A program made the position numbers and the translations under genes. A stretch of 55,645 bases of DNA, the filler included, from Circinaria calcarea (Eukaryota), in assembly GCA_051942165.1 (NCBI GenBank). It is 5 parts of 5 records of this genome, joined end to end, with 100 filler letters (N's around TTAATTAATTAA, not from the genome) between each part and the next. Parts side by side here need not be neighbours in the genome. Positions count along the whole stretch, not along the records: positions 1 to 11,058 come from JAVECS010000719.1; positions 11,159 to 22,215 come from JAVECS010000720.1; 3 more parts are not named here. The stretch is one strand, 5' to 3'. The notes under the pieces were generated by a model that was given only the letters and a program-made list of their open reading frames with translations, ran no database searches and was not told where the DNA came from. Below, piece after piece: positions 1 through 12,663 of the stretch (positions are counted from its first letter, which is position 1; each line of letters opens with the position of its first letter).

Positions 1-29
1 TTTTTCAAGTGGTCTCCCTCCTTCCCCAG

Positions 30-3000
30 CTATTCCAATCGCTGAGACGTCAACCTTGGATGCGGATACTCGCCCGGGATATGCAAATCGCTAATCGTCG
101 ATACGCTGGTGTGGTGCGGTAAAGCTGGTCTCGACTTCGGCCCTTCATTCGTCTGGGCGGACATACTCTGCGTCATTTCCGACGGCTCGAAACTAAAGGG
201 TTCATGTGCAGTAGGCGGGGAAGAGCCCTTCAGTTTCGTAGCATCAGTTTGCCTTGGGCTCCTAGGGGAACTGCCGAAATGTTCAATCTCGCTAGGGCTC
301 GCATATGGGGCAGCCTCCCCTGTGGATGTCACAATATCGGTGACGGTGCCCTGCTCGACTTTCTCGTCGAGGAGATTTGACGCCACTGCCGGCGGCTCCT
401 GCTTCGGCTCGAAAATGGTCTTTTGCGCCACTGGACTTTGCGCTATTGGACTTATCTCATCCTCACGCTGATGATACATCTTTGCACCTACCATCCCTGC
501 TGCCACGCCTCCTGCACCTGCAGCGGCCGGTGCCATCCAGTCGCCGTAAGCACTATCAGGCCTGATCAACTGAGATGGTACGCGACGTCGATCGGGTTCG
601 GCCTGAGTTGGTTCTTGGGGCGGATAGATTCCGTAAGCGACGCCGCCCGAGCCTTCCGGACTGATACCATGAGCTTGCACTGGCTGCTGGTTATACTCCA
701 CCCCGTGAGGTGCGCTAACATTTGATTGTGGAGGTATATATGATGGGTTATAGGCCGTTTCATCCTTCACTGCCGAGCGCCCAGCAGTATTGGTATTAGG
801 ACCTTGTTGGATGGGTGAGGCGTTATAATCTTGTTTTTGAGCAATTGGCATATAAGTTTCTTGCGGGGAGCCAATGTTTTGCTGGTTCGAGAACCTATTG
901 ACCTCTCCATTTCGCGCAGCTGGCATAGATAGGTCTGGTTTGTTGCTGCTAAGACCTTGTTGGACGGGGAACCTGTCCTTTTCTACCTCCTGTGGGGCCG
1001 CTATAGACGCTTCGTGCTGATGAGCAGGACCTCTCCTAAGTCCGCCACTTGCATCTGCACGTTGTTCCTTGTCTTTTATTTGCTGCTCAGATCCTTGGAA
1101 AGGGACGTCGGACCCAGGGAGAGCGCCTGCCGCGGCTACGACATCCCGGTCATCGGAGCTTGTATCACTAGAAGGAGGAGGTGGCACTTGTAAGTTTCGA
1201 CGGATGTTAATATCACTCGGGAACCGCCCACCTGGCTGAGGGCGCTCCGGGAGCTTTTGTTCTCGGGGTAGAGTCTGGTCAAATTGAGACGCATTGGCAG
1301 AATATGGCACTTCGTCCGCCTCATCCTCATCCAACGCACCATCACTGCTGATGGAACCAGGTTTGTGACTACCTCCGCTCACGCTCCGAGCGTGGCGACG
1401 CACAAACGCATTACGTTCTTCACCCGTTTTTTCGGTGAGATTCTTGATATCTTCGTACCAAGCCATCATGGTGTCGTAGGTCTCCGCGCGAAATACCCAA
1501 CCATGACCGCGGTGGAGCCCTCCTGCTTGACGACCTTTGAGCATAAATTTGTGAGACGAGGAATCAGCCGTGGAGTGAGAACCAAGCTTTTGCTCCGGCA
1601 AGTATAACGACATGATTGGCGTCTGAGCGTTGATGTGATCGGCAGACTTGAACTCATGCAGGTGTGTTGGCGATAACACATACCTGTGCCTCCAGTATTA
1701 GCTTACGGGATTAGAAGATGTACGATGGTACATACCAGCCAGGGGTATAGCTCTTCAGATATTTGCTTTTGCGCTCTAGCAGGCCAGCCCTCACCTCGGA
1801 GGCGGCAGGATGATCCTTACCGGGGTAGTGAATGTTTTCCACTCTGCGTACGGGTAATCTCGGATCCACAAAGTGTTCGTTATTATCTACAAACGCACTC
1901 CATTCGTGATCTTTTGCCATGGCAATTGGACCTGTCCGCAGCCTCTCCACCGCCTCGTATGCCTCATCGGCCTCCCGCTTGAGGATTCCAGCATACGCAT
2001 TGTATGCTTTCTGGATTTCCCCAACAACAATCGATTCGAGCTCACGTCCAGAATTCTCAAGGTTCAGGAAAGCCTATGAAGAGTTAGAGGGATAAGCCCT
2101 TTCCAACGCAGGCTGAAGGCGTACCCTATGCAAGTAATTCTCTTCGTCGATCTGTTTCTCCAGCTGCCGTTCAACGCCCAATTTGATGATGAAAGGATCA
2201 CCCTTTCCAGCAATTGCACTTGGTTCTAAATCTACAAGTCCCAAGGCCTCTTGTAGATCTCGGACTGCTCTTCGGGTACCTTCGGTTTCTTTATCAACAG
2301 CATTTTTGAAATCGCCGGCGAGATTCTTGATTTCCTTAATCTTCTGCTGAAGATCGCTGCGAAGACCTGTAAGCTGGATGATGACGTCCTCCTCAATAGT
2401 CCTTGCCTTGTTACTCTCAGCCAGCGATTGTTTGTGGTAATCCCGTAGCACATGTGTAGCATCGCCTATACCACCTTCGGTAAGAAAGACTGGGGGCAGA
2501 CTGGTGTTATTGATTACATTTGATACTGTCAACAAGGACTTTGATCGGGCTTCGTAGGATCTTTGGATGTCTCGAAAGTACGTGATTAGATCTTTGAGGA
2601 CCTTCCGCCACGCTGCGCAAGTCAGCAAGACCATCAGAGCCGGTGCACCTTCAATTCAGGTTGCGGTAGAAAGCACAAGGGTTTAGGAGAGCGTTACCTT
2701 GGAATCGATTGGCGAGTATCTCCGTGGGGCTCCCTGTCGTGGGAACGGGCGTGTAGAAAGCCGAATTCATCTCATCATCCCAGCTATCCGCGTGATCCTC
2801 CTTGTCCCCCGTCCCCAAGCTTTTCACACTCCCAGCACGTAGACTCCTCCTGCTACTGCTTCGCTTGACGCTACCGCTTTTCTTCAGGGTTCCTTTCTTC
2901 TTCAGGGTCCCACCACGGGAGGGAGTCAGGGTATGGGATTGTGAGATGGTCGAATCGGCGCGATGGACGCCAGCGCCGGTCTGCTCGCCGTCTCCAGCAG

Positions 3001-3151
3001 AAGACCCTCGACGGGTTGCCTCTGAAGTGTCGTTGGTGTGGGCAGCTTGTGGATGCTGTACCGACTGCGACAAAGGGGAGGGATCCGTTGGAGCTCCCTG
3101 AGCAAAGTCCGTCGCGCCCGAAGCACTGTGGACCAAATGCGACTGCTCCAT
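30..3151 (-). CDS. SLM1: Slm1/Slm2-like BAR-PH phosphoinositide-binding protein, 4 exons
   Basis: Exons 2698-3151, 2125-2612, 1736-2073 and 30-1683 splice in frame through GT-AG introns 2613-2697, 2074-2124 and 1684-1735. Motifs: PTEILANRFQAWRKVLKDLITYF (BAR) and GLLERKSKYLKSYTPGWYVLSPTHLHEFKS...GWVFRAETYDTMMAWYEDIK (PH). Confidence 0.85.
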
Positions 3152-3906
3152 GATGAGTTTTCTCCAGTCGCAAGCTCTTCCCACTCGTGTCGGGCTCCTC
3201 CAAAGGTAGATGAAGTTAAGAGGCAGCAGTGAGGAAATTGGCTAATGGATATAGGGTATGAGCAAGCCGAGGTGCAGATGGCGATTTTCCGTGACGCTGG
3301 TCGGTCGGGAGTGAATGACGATGATTGAGAGACTGGGGAAAGAAGAGCTTGAAGATCCTACGGTGATGTGTCGCTCGGCGTCGTTTACAAACCGGAAAGT
3401 GGCTTGTGAAGGAGACACCTCAGGGATCCGTCGCCTAAATTCCAGCAAGAAGCCCGGCTGCGGCAGGCAGATTGTCATGGGCCGGAGAGCTCTTTAAAGT
3501 GGCATGCGATTGGTCGCGACAATGACACAATCCCTACTGTGATTATTGCTGTCTCCCGTCTCCCGACATTTGCTTCAACATCTCCCCAGTCCAACAGCGG
3601 AAGATCCATTGGCATTGACGGTGATTGGCTGCATCCGTTGGGATGGGCTCCCCCATCGAGCATACGTCATTCAATCGAGATCGACGCAAGCGGGGATCAC
3701 CTCCTCCAGACAGACTCATCCCAAGTCATGTGAATGGACGTCTCAAGTACATGTACGCTACCTTCGTAGACTACTCCGCTGGTACGCTATGAAGCCAGCT
3801 ACCAGCATGGTTTGTCTGAGGCCAGCTGAACACACTCTTCGAAAATTGTTCCATCGCACCGTTCTTTGCTACACGGGTATAATTACAAACTGCGCCGTTG
3901 CCATTC

Positions 3907-6269
3907 CTACAGAGCATTCAGTAGTCTCCTTTCCTTCCTCAGCCCCCTCAGTTTCTCGACGGCCTCGTCCAGCGGTACCAGCTCTCCTTTCGACTGCGTT
4001 TCCTGATCGTCCCTGTTCCGGATGTTGACCGACCGTGCCTCTTTCTCCTGCGCACCCACAACTGCGTGTGCATTAGTCCGAGGTCTCCAAGGGTCGGGGT
4101 CCAGCAGAACCTACCAAATATAAAGTTGTATTGCTGCAACTGTCCGGTACGGATCTTCTTCGGCATCGTGTTGCCACTGACATCAATGTCCGCATTCATC
4201 TTCTGCGCCCTCAGTAACCGCTGCACCTCTTCCACGTAGTCGTTGACGGCCGGCATGACTGGGATCACCAGCACTTGTCGGGGACTGAGCCAGAAGGGCC
4301 ATTTGCCCGCAAAGTGCTCCGTCAGCACGGCCATGAAGCGCTCAAAACTGCCCACAATGGCACGATGGATCATCACCGGCCTGGCCCGTCCAGGCCCTGG
4401 TGCCTTCGGCTTTCCTGAGGCAGCAGGCTCCCCATCTCTGACTTCAACTGGGCTACTGGCTTTGCCTTTGGCCTTTTCCGCCGTCTGTGCGGTCATGTAT
4501 TCAAGCTCGAAGTTCTGGGGTAATTGGAAGTCCAACTGGATGGTGGCGCATTGATGATCCCGCTTCAAGGCGTCGGATATCGTAATATCAATCTTGGGAC
4601 CATAGAACGCACCGTCACCTTCGTTGAGTTCCCATTGTCCGCCCCCTCGACTGGTGAAGGTGTCCAAAGCTTCTTTCAGCTTCGCTTCCGCAATGTCCCA
4701 AGTCTCGATGTCACCAAGATACTTTTCGGGGCGCGTAGACAGCTTGAGCTTAAAAGAGAGGCCAAACAACCCGTATACACATTTCATAAAGTCAAAGAGC
4801 CCTTCGATCTCTTGAGTAATCTATTTTGTACATGTCAATTAGGGTACTGGCGCAATGGAGGGATGTCGTACCTGGTCTTGGGTACAGAATATGTGCGTGT
4901 CATCCTGCTGAAACTTCCGCACTCTTGTAAGGCCGTTGAGTGCGCCTGATGCCTCATTCCTATGTAAAACTCCAAAGTCTGCCATGCGTATCGGAAGCTC
5001 CCTATAGCTTCGCTCTCGGTGGCCAAACATTATGCAGTGACCGGGACAGTTCATTGGCTTCAATGCCCACTTGCGCTTTTCTACCTCGAGACTAAACATG
5101 TCGTCTTGATAGTGCTGCCAGTGACCTGATTTCTTCCATAGATCTACATCGTACATGTTTGGAGATTGCACCTCTTGGTAACCTCGTTTCTGATATTCCG
5201 ATCTGATAAATTTCTGAAGTGCATTGAAAATAAGGGTGCCATTGGGAAGGAGAAAGACACAACCAGGGGAGATCTCATCGAAGAAAAAGAGTTCCTGGTC
5301 AGTACCGATTTTCCGATGATCTCGCTTTGCGGCCTCTTCGAGAAACTTCTTGTGCTCGGTCATTTGCTTTTTATCTGGAAAGGCAACGCCGTATATGCGT
5401 TGCAGAGAATCATCATCTTTGTCTCCACGAAAGTAGCACGAAGAGTTCTAACTTGAATCTCAGCATGTCATATAAGACTGAGAGAAGCCCGCGAACCTTC
5501 ATTATCTGAAAGGCTTTGATCTTGCCCGTATTCTGGATATGAGGTCCAAGGCATAAGTCCACCAATGACCCGCACTTATAGACGGTACTCCCTTCTGGCG
5601 GCAGCAGGTTTTCAATGTAATACATCTTGTATTTACTATAGCCGAACATAGTCTTGAGGTCTTCAATAGAAACATGAAGTCTGTCGAATGGCTGTTTCTC
5701 CTTGAAAAACTTGGCTGCTTTACTTTCAAGCGACGGCCAATCACTTTCCTTGACAACTTGCCTGCTTGATGTTAGCACATGCACTATCGACCAAGATTGT
5801 CCCCCTACCCATCAGCAATAGCCATATCGTAAAAGAAGCCTGCCTCGACTGGTGGACCATGTGATAGAAGACAATTGTATTGGCATTCAGCCGCTTCACC
5901 CAGAACATGGGCACTCGAATGCCAGAAAACGTTACGGCCTTCAGCAGAGGTAAATGGTAGATAGCTCACTCGACAGTCATACTCCAAGGGGCGGTCAAGG
6001 TCCCATAGGATCTTGCCATCCACCTTAGCCACCACCACGTCCGCACTTATGTCCTTGTCCACATGCCTCAGAAATGACCCAGGAGTGGATTCCCAAGCTT
6101 TCCCAGCCAAGGTCATCAGAGGTCTGGGTAGGCCCGCTCTATCAAGCCCAAGATCCAGCACGACGTTCAAGACACGATGATCCTTTTGCAGTAACTCTTC
6201 GTCATACTTTCGTTTGAGCTTATCAAAAAGCTCGTTGCGCCGTATGATAAAGTCAGGTAGTGCAGCCAT
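3907..6269 (-). CDS. THS1: Threonyl-tRNA synthetase, cytosolic type, 5 exons
   Basis: Introns 5762-5808, 5448-5496, 4821-4871 and 4062-4114. TGS domain (LWDLDRPLE), editing motifs HSSAH and DLCLGPH, catalytic KPMNCPGH and [11 protein letters not shown], anticodon domain WPFWLSPRQ. Stop TAG at 3907-3909. Confidence 0.95.
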
Positions 6270-6372
6270 TGCAGAATATTTTTTAAGAGTATGTCAGGTG
6301 TTGTATCATGGCAGTAGGGCTCTATGAGTACGATATGGGACTATACGTCTTCCTCCGGAACGCCTTCACTGT

Positions 6373-6379
6373 TGACTCA
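6373..6379. promoter_or_regulatory. TGACTCA, a candidate Gcn4/CpcA cross-pathway control site in the THS1-GAR1 divergent promoter
   Basis: Exact TGACTCA about 104 nt upstream of the ThrRS ATG, in a 264-nt divergent intergenic region. Aminoacyl-tRNA synthetase genes are known Gcn4/CpcA targets. It is a single heptamer, so function is unproven. Confidence 0.4.
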
Positions 6380-6533
6380 GACGAGACCCCTCGGACGTGT
6401 GTGGGGTTTGCTCTTCCGGTACCTGGTAGGGCTGCAGCATCGGACCGAGAGAGACCCGTTTGTCAAGCTTTCTTTGGGTTTCGCACTGAGATCTGTGAAA
6501 TCAACAGACTCCTCGCATCAGACACCGACAACC

Positions 6534-7448
6534 ATGTCGAATCGTGGCGCACCCCGAGGCCGAGGAGGGGGCAGCTTTGGTGGAGGGCGAGGTGGTGGAG
6601 GCTTCAGCTCGAGAGGAGGTGCGAGGCCTGTGTTCAATGTGCGCATCAGTAGCTAATTCTCTACCTCATCAGGGCGTGGTGGCTTTCAGCAGTCCTACGG
6701 ACCTCCAGCCTCTGTATTAGGTTCGTCGACTGGTTCTATTTGTCAAAGCCCATTAACTCATACAATGCAGAAATGGGATCTTTTGTACATGCTTGCGAGG
6801 GCGAGCTAGTCTGTGAATCCATCAATCCGAAGATACCTTACTTCAATGCGCCCATATACCTCGAGAATAAGGTGGGGGAAATATGCAACTGTGGCTGCCT
6901 ACACTCTGACCGTGGTACAGACAGCAATTGGAAAAGTCGATGAAATCCTCGGTCCTATAAACCAACTCTACTTCACCATTAAACCTCAAGAGGGAATTAT
7001 CGCGACATCTTTCAAGTCCGGGGATAAATTCTACATAGGCGGAGACAAGCTACTACCATTAGAAAAGTAAGAGCACAAGGTCAGCGCACATGTGTTGTCT
7101 AGCTAAAATGTAATCATAGGTTTTTACCCAAACCCAAGCCACCTCCAGGTACGGTTTATCTCCGCCTGTGGGTGACAAATTACTTACCTCTCTACAGGAA
7201 CCCCCAAACCAAAACGTGCCGGTGGTGGATCTAGAGGAGGTCCAATACGTGGTGGACGAGGCGGTTCCAGGGGTGGTGGTCGAGGAGCGCCCAGAGGGAG
7301 AGGGGGTTTTGGTGATCGGGGAGGTAGAGGTGGCAGTAGGGGCGGGGGCCGCGGAGGAGGCTTCAGTTCTGGGAGAGGTGGAGGAGGAGGGCGTGGTGGA
7401 AATCCTAACTTTGCTCGGCCAGGCGGTGGTTTTCGTGGCCGTGGTTGA
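6534..7448 (+). CDS. GAR1: H/ACA snoRNP subunit Gar1, 6 exons
   Basis: RGG-rich N and C termini flank the core [46 protein letters not shown]. Introns 6619-6672, 6721-6770, 6872-6920, 7067-7119 and 7149-7197. Confidence 0.95.
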
Positions 7449-7857
7449 CGAAATTTGCAATTCAGGGGCGTTGAGGCGCTGGAAACGACGACAGTCATGG
7501 GATATCTCCTTGTACGGAGATGAGATGATAAATCCCTATGATTCTTGTTCTAAATACTTGATCAAACAGTCTTGCAGAGTGGGATGCTTGGGTATTTCTG
7601 TAGTCTGAATATGATAAATTCTTGGATTTCTCGGTGGGATGTATTATATAGGTGCGTCAGGCGTGCCGGTCGGACTCAGCCCCTCCAGATTTACGCAAGC
7701 GACCTCCTAACTGAGTGAACCAGTGTTCTCTGTAGAACACCAAACCAGCAACTACTGAATTCCTCCCCCCTTTACTCCTTAACTCCCCCCTGTCAGTCTT
7801 CTCATACGCCATATTACCAGTGCTGCACGCAGTACATTAAGGAGGGACGTCCCCATT

Positions 7858-9069
7858 ATGGCGCCCCAGATGGAGCTCGATCCTAAATACGACCACTACG
7901 ACTTTCCTACCACCAGTCCAGAGGTCCAACCTGGGCATCCAGGCCACACCACTCCAGAGCAAAATGCGCAGGTATTTCAGCTACGTACTCAGCTCGAGCA
8001 GGCTGGCTACACCGAGCGATTAGACACCCTCACCATGGTACGCTATGCATACCAACAACAACTATTCAAAGCCCCCCCCCATCCCCTAATACATGATATA
8101 GCTCCGATTTCTACGAGCACGAAAATTCGTTGTTGCGGATGCAAAGGAGATGTGAGTCGGAGAGTTGAAATTTTCCAAAAATACAAGGTTAATATCTTAT
8201 CAGGTTCATCAAATGCGAGGAATGGCGGAAAAGCTTTGGTGTCGATGACCTCGTGCGAAATTTTGAATATACAGAGAAGCCAAAGGTGTTCGAATACTAC
8301 ACACAATACTACCACAAAACGGACAAGGTATAAAGCTACGGTTTGAGCACAATGGGCCTACGTTAACCTGAGTTCACAGGATGGACGCCCAGTCTACATC
8401 GAACAGCTGGGGAAAATTGATTTGGCTGCTATGTACAAGATCACCACCGCCGAACGCATGGTGCAGAATCTTGTCTGCGAGTATGAGAAGCTTGTTGACC
8501 CTCGTCTCCCGGCGTGTTCACGCAAATCCGGTCAGCTTTTAGAGACATGCTGCTCAATCATGGATCTAAAGGGTGTTGGTCTTTCGAAGGTCAGTTCCGT
8601 GTACTCGTACGTCAAGGAAGTCTCCGCTATTTCACAAAACTATTATCCTGAGCGACTCGGAAGACTTTACCTGATCAACGCGCCTTGGGGATTCTCATCC
8701 GTCTTCAGCATAGTCAAGGGGTTCCTTGACCCCGTGACGGTCAAAAAGATCCACGTACTAGGAACCAGCTACCAGAAAGAGCTCCTTGACCAAGTACCCG
8801 CTGAGAACCTTCCAAAGATGTTTGGAGGGACCTGTGAGTGTGAAGGTGGTTGCGCCCTGAGTGATTTGGGACCATGGAGAGAGCCAGAATGGACCAAGCC
8901 ACCGAAGTGGGAACAGAACAAGCAAGATGCTTCATCAACAATTCCCAACGAACCTACAAGCACGATACCCAGCCATGCGCAACCGGAGGGCACACCCTCC
9001 CATGGGGTTCATGGGGGCCAGCCAATTCTTGGTGAAGGCGGCAAAGCGCATGCTCCCATGCCTTCATAG
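7858..9069 (+). CDS. SEC14: Sec14 phosphatidylinositol/phosphatidylcholine transfer protein (CRAL-TRIO), 4 exons
   Basis: Motifs [57 protein letters not shown] and [13 protein letters not shown]. Introns 8038-8101, 8152-8203 and 8328-8379. Confidence 0.95.
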
Positions 9070-9639
9070 GTTGGTAGCTATTGGTCTCTACGCTTGCATT
9101 TTGGGTCTCTTAGACGAAGATGGTTTTTAGAACCCGGCCAACCGTCTTCCGCGTGCATTGCGACTTTACAATCAAACTGTTATGAACATTAATGAACATT
9201 AATGAATATGAAAACTAGAATTACGCGTTTATATGAGCGTAACCAACTCAACATGACGTAAGACCATCTCGCCGACCCTTTTTATCTCCTCGACCGCCCT
9301 ATCAGATACTAATTTGGTCATTGGATTATCTGCACTTGATACGATTTGGTTGCTGCTGATATAACACCTTTCCTTCAGTGTTACTTATTCCCCGCTTACT
9401 TTTCAGCTTTTCACAATGTCCTTCGCGTAGGGCCTCAGTTGCCGTCTAGCAGAGCAATAGCCACGGGGCAAAGGCCACTTGCTGGTTCTCGTCTCTATCA
9501 GATATTGTTCGTTGACGGTCTCTTTAACCGACTGTCAAGTTCTACTAGGTCTGGTTGATTTCCCGTTATTTATCCTCGTGCTCCGTTTTCTGCTATCGCT
9601 AGAGTTTCTAGACGCTTTTGTATTTGAGGAGCTCGATTG

Positions 9640-10700
9640 GAAAATGGCCTCGTTGTGATCCGAGGTTGGGATTCTCTTGGTACCCCAGAGCCCCGTGGCG
9701 GTTCGAGACCCTTCCCTTTCTTCGAGAGGAAGGTTAGTAGAAACCCTGAAGGTTCCCGAGGTCTCATACGTTGAAACTTTCTCAGAAGACACACGGTCGA
9801 CCAATTGGAAATCACCACCCTCCGCATCTGAGATGATTTGCTGGACGTATCTACGCCCGGTGTCGTGAATATCACCGAGGCTTCCCGCGATATCCAGGAC
9901 GAGAAAAAACCACAAGAATAATCCGAGACACTGACCTTGAAGCGACTCTTCGGGAGTATCATTGTCCATCCCATCCGCGGTGTCGATCAGACATTCAATG
10001 TATCCTCGCACACGACGTCCGTGCGACCAGAGCCGTCGAACTGCCCCAATCACGATACCACACTCAACTCCCCACGGGATCACGCCCTTCTACGAGAACC
10101 CACTAAGGTCCAAGGGCTTCTACTGCCTGGATGGCGAGGGCGAAAAGGCCTGGGTGTCCGGCCTCGCCGCGCTCAAAAGCGTCAAAAGCCAAGTCTCCCC
10201 AACTCTTCAAAAAGCCCATGGCTCTCGGTCGCCTCTCGCGCTACCACGGCGACCGCCTCATACCCAGCCACCGTCGACACCGCAATCACGACACTCTCGG
10301 AGAAACTTCCCGGCAGCGTTCAAGCGCGCAGGCTGGCATCCCAACCTCGTCCGGCGCCTCACTGGCCCCCCACCGCGCTTTCTTCCAAACACCGGTCTGG
10401 CCGCATCCGGAAATTCCAGGGGATGATGGGGCCGCGATACCCATCAGCTGAAGCTGACTATCAGGCCTGGGGGAATCTGGACATTTTGGGACAACGTCCG
10501 GCTGCTGCACGGGCGGGAACCCGTGCTTGAAAGTGCCGTTGAACAGGAGTGGGACAGGCGGGGCCGGAGCCGGTGGTGGGGGATCAGGAGTGGGCTCTGC
10601 AGATTCAGCGCGTGGAGTGCGTGTTTGGATGAGAAGTGGGCCTGGTTCACATGCCGACGGCTCAGGCTTCACGAGCTAGCGGAATCGGTTGAGGCCAGGT
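9640..10700 (+). pseudogene. Frameshifted Fe(II)/2-oxoglutarate dioxygenase relic (TauD family, gamma-butyrobetaine/trimethyllysine hydroxylase-like), boundaries approximate
   Basis: Family-like fragments lie in the expected order across different frames: VRDPSLSSRGRLVETLKVPE, HGITPFYENPLRSKGFYCLDGEGEKAWVSGLAA and LTIRPGGIWTFWDNVRLLHGRE (compare PG...FDNxRxLHGR). There is an in-frame TGA at 10424-10426 and no intact HxD motif. Confidence 0.55.
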
Positions 10701-11058
10701 GATAAGCCGGCAGAGGAGATGATGGGCTGGTTGAGTTCGGCAGGCCAGTTGATATGGTATGGAGAGAAGCGTACCACGATTATCCAAAAACTTTGCTCCT
10801 GGTATATAAGGCTATGCCGGCTGCTTTCACGCACGCTCCAAGAACTTAGCGCGTCGACCGTGAAGTGCAGTTTCTGTTTGTTTCTCCAGCTAGTTTTAAA
10901 AATCTCAACACCATGGGATAGATGGTTTGTTTTATGTATGCACGCTACCTTTGATAGATATCAATGTTGCCTGTACAAACAACAATCCTAAAGCCCCGGC
11001 CCAGTCCCCAAAACCCCATAACTCCCACTCCAGCGACTCTCAACCCCACCCATATATC

Positions 11059-11158
11059 NNNNNNNNNNNNNNNNNNNNNNNNNNNNNNNNNNNNNNNNNN
11101 NNTTAATTAATTAANNNNNNNNNNNNNNNNNNNNNNNNNNNNNNNNNNNNNNNNNNNN
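11059..11158. other. Artificial contig spacer 1
   Basis: 44 N, then TTAATTAATTAA (stops in all six frames), then 44 N. Confidence 0.99.
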
Positions 11159-11672
11159 GCCAAGCCACCGTCAGTTGCCAGTTTCGATATAACTTGCTCC
11201 CTCCTGTCAGGTTCAGGAGAGGATACTAAGTCGAACGCAGTCTGGCAGAAGTTTGAAAGCTCCATCTTGCTGAGTGGCCTAACTCCAGCAAGACCAGACT
11301 TTAAAATATAGCGGAGCCATCCACGTAAGCTATCGTCTTGCAGGCGAGCAGGACGTTGAAACGGTCTGCTTCCTTCTGACGAGTGTTCTGCGAACTCGGT
11401 ATTCTCTGAGACGGAGATCTCATCATGAGCATATTTGCACCTATCGCCAAATCGACAACTACCAGTTTCGATGTAATTGTGGCATTTCGCCATACTCCTG
11501 GTGTTCCCGACCTTTTCAGGCAGGGCAGCTGAGTTTTCACCATGGCTGTATCGACAACGCGCGCCATAAGTACATCTGCCCTGCTGGAAAAACCAGCATA
11601 GCCTGATTTACGTCAGCACCGGGCACTGAAGCAACTTTGTACATGGTATACTTACCGGTCTTCCGTATTCAT
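11159..11672 (-). CDS. 5' part of a tandem CCCH zinc-finger protein, probably the N terminus of a fungal NFX1/ZNFX1-like helicase; truncated by the contig end
   Basis: A 17-nt first exon (11656-11672, MNTEDR) and intron 11603-11655 (GTAAGT..GCTGAC..CAG) lead into CWFFQQGRCTYGARCRYSH and CHNYIETGSCRFGDRCKYAH, then REQVISKLATDGGL. The ORF track misses the first finger. The ZNFX1-like call rests on remembered similarity only. Confidence 0.7.
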
Positions 11673-12663
11673 CCTAATCTGTTACAAGCACCTATGTCTT
11701 TGCTTGCTTCGAAAAGAGATGACAAAGTTGACACGAATGAGGGTTGTCAGGTCTTCAAATGGATGGAAAAGTCGGTCAAGATCAGCTAACCGGGTAGATA
11801 CAGCTGTTCACAGAAGGACCCCTCGGGGTCTGTCTCCTTCTCCATCATTCATGAACTTTCGATTCATCCGTCAAGTCGGAAGCTAAGGATGGTAAACGGA
11901 AACATCCAATAAGCAGTACTGGTCCTGGGGGCTTCGAGAGGCCACCATTCGCTGAATGAAAGAAAGAGGTTTCCACACTCCCGTTTGAATCTGCCACCAC
12001 CCTAGCGGAGCTTCGCTTAAAGCCCTGAGCAGGTATGGTAGAGGCAACATTGCCGAGCTATCAAGCAGGCATAACAGAATGTTCTCCAACACCCTCCATG
12101 AAGGAAGAGCACGACGGAATCCAGGACCTAAGTAGCTTATCCCTGATAGCTTCTTCAGATTCATCTAATAGCACTGTGGCTCTGGTTACCTTTGCACAAT
12201 ATACCTACGGATGGAGCAGGTCTCCATGTGAATTGAACGAGATATGAGATGACAAGGTAGATGTCACAACACATCTCACTGTGGAAGAAAGTATGAGGTG
12301 TTGGAACATGTCAACCTACGGTCAACTTAGATGTCACCCTATGATAATGGGTGAAGGCCAGGCAAGTGTCTTGAAGACCCAGCCTTTCAACTAAGTTGTA
12401 TGCCAGAGGGAAGATCAATAAGGTGTACATGCACGACAAGGTCCGTAGATATTCTCTGAATCAAATCGGGCCGTGTTCCTTCATTAATGACTCTGGCATA
12501 GCCAGGCTCTCAGTATGTGAAAATGGAGCAGGTTCGCGGAGAAATCTTCGAGAAATATACCATAGTTAGAATACAGGCGTGACAGGGTATTCCATTGTCC
12601 AATCAGATCTTCCCAACTTTATTCTACCAGCCTCAAAGACTTAATCTTAACTTGACTGATACC

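Noticed and set aside
9535..10672. ORFs 9535-10083(-), 9937-10530(+) and 10286-10672(-) as independent genes
   Set aside because: They are better explained as antisense or shifted frames of the GC-richer dioxygenase relic.
11103..11114. TTAATTAATTAA palindrome recurring about every 11.1 kb as a biological motif
   Set aside because: It is always embedded in N-runs and is a synthetic six-frame-stop linker.
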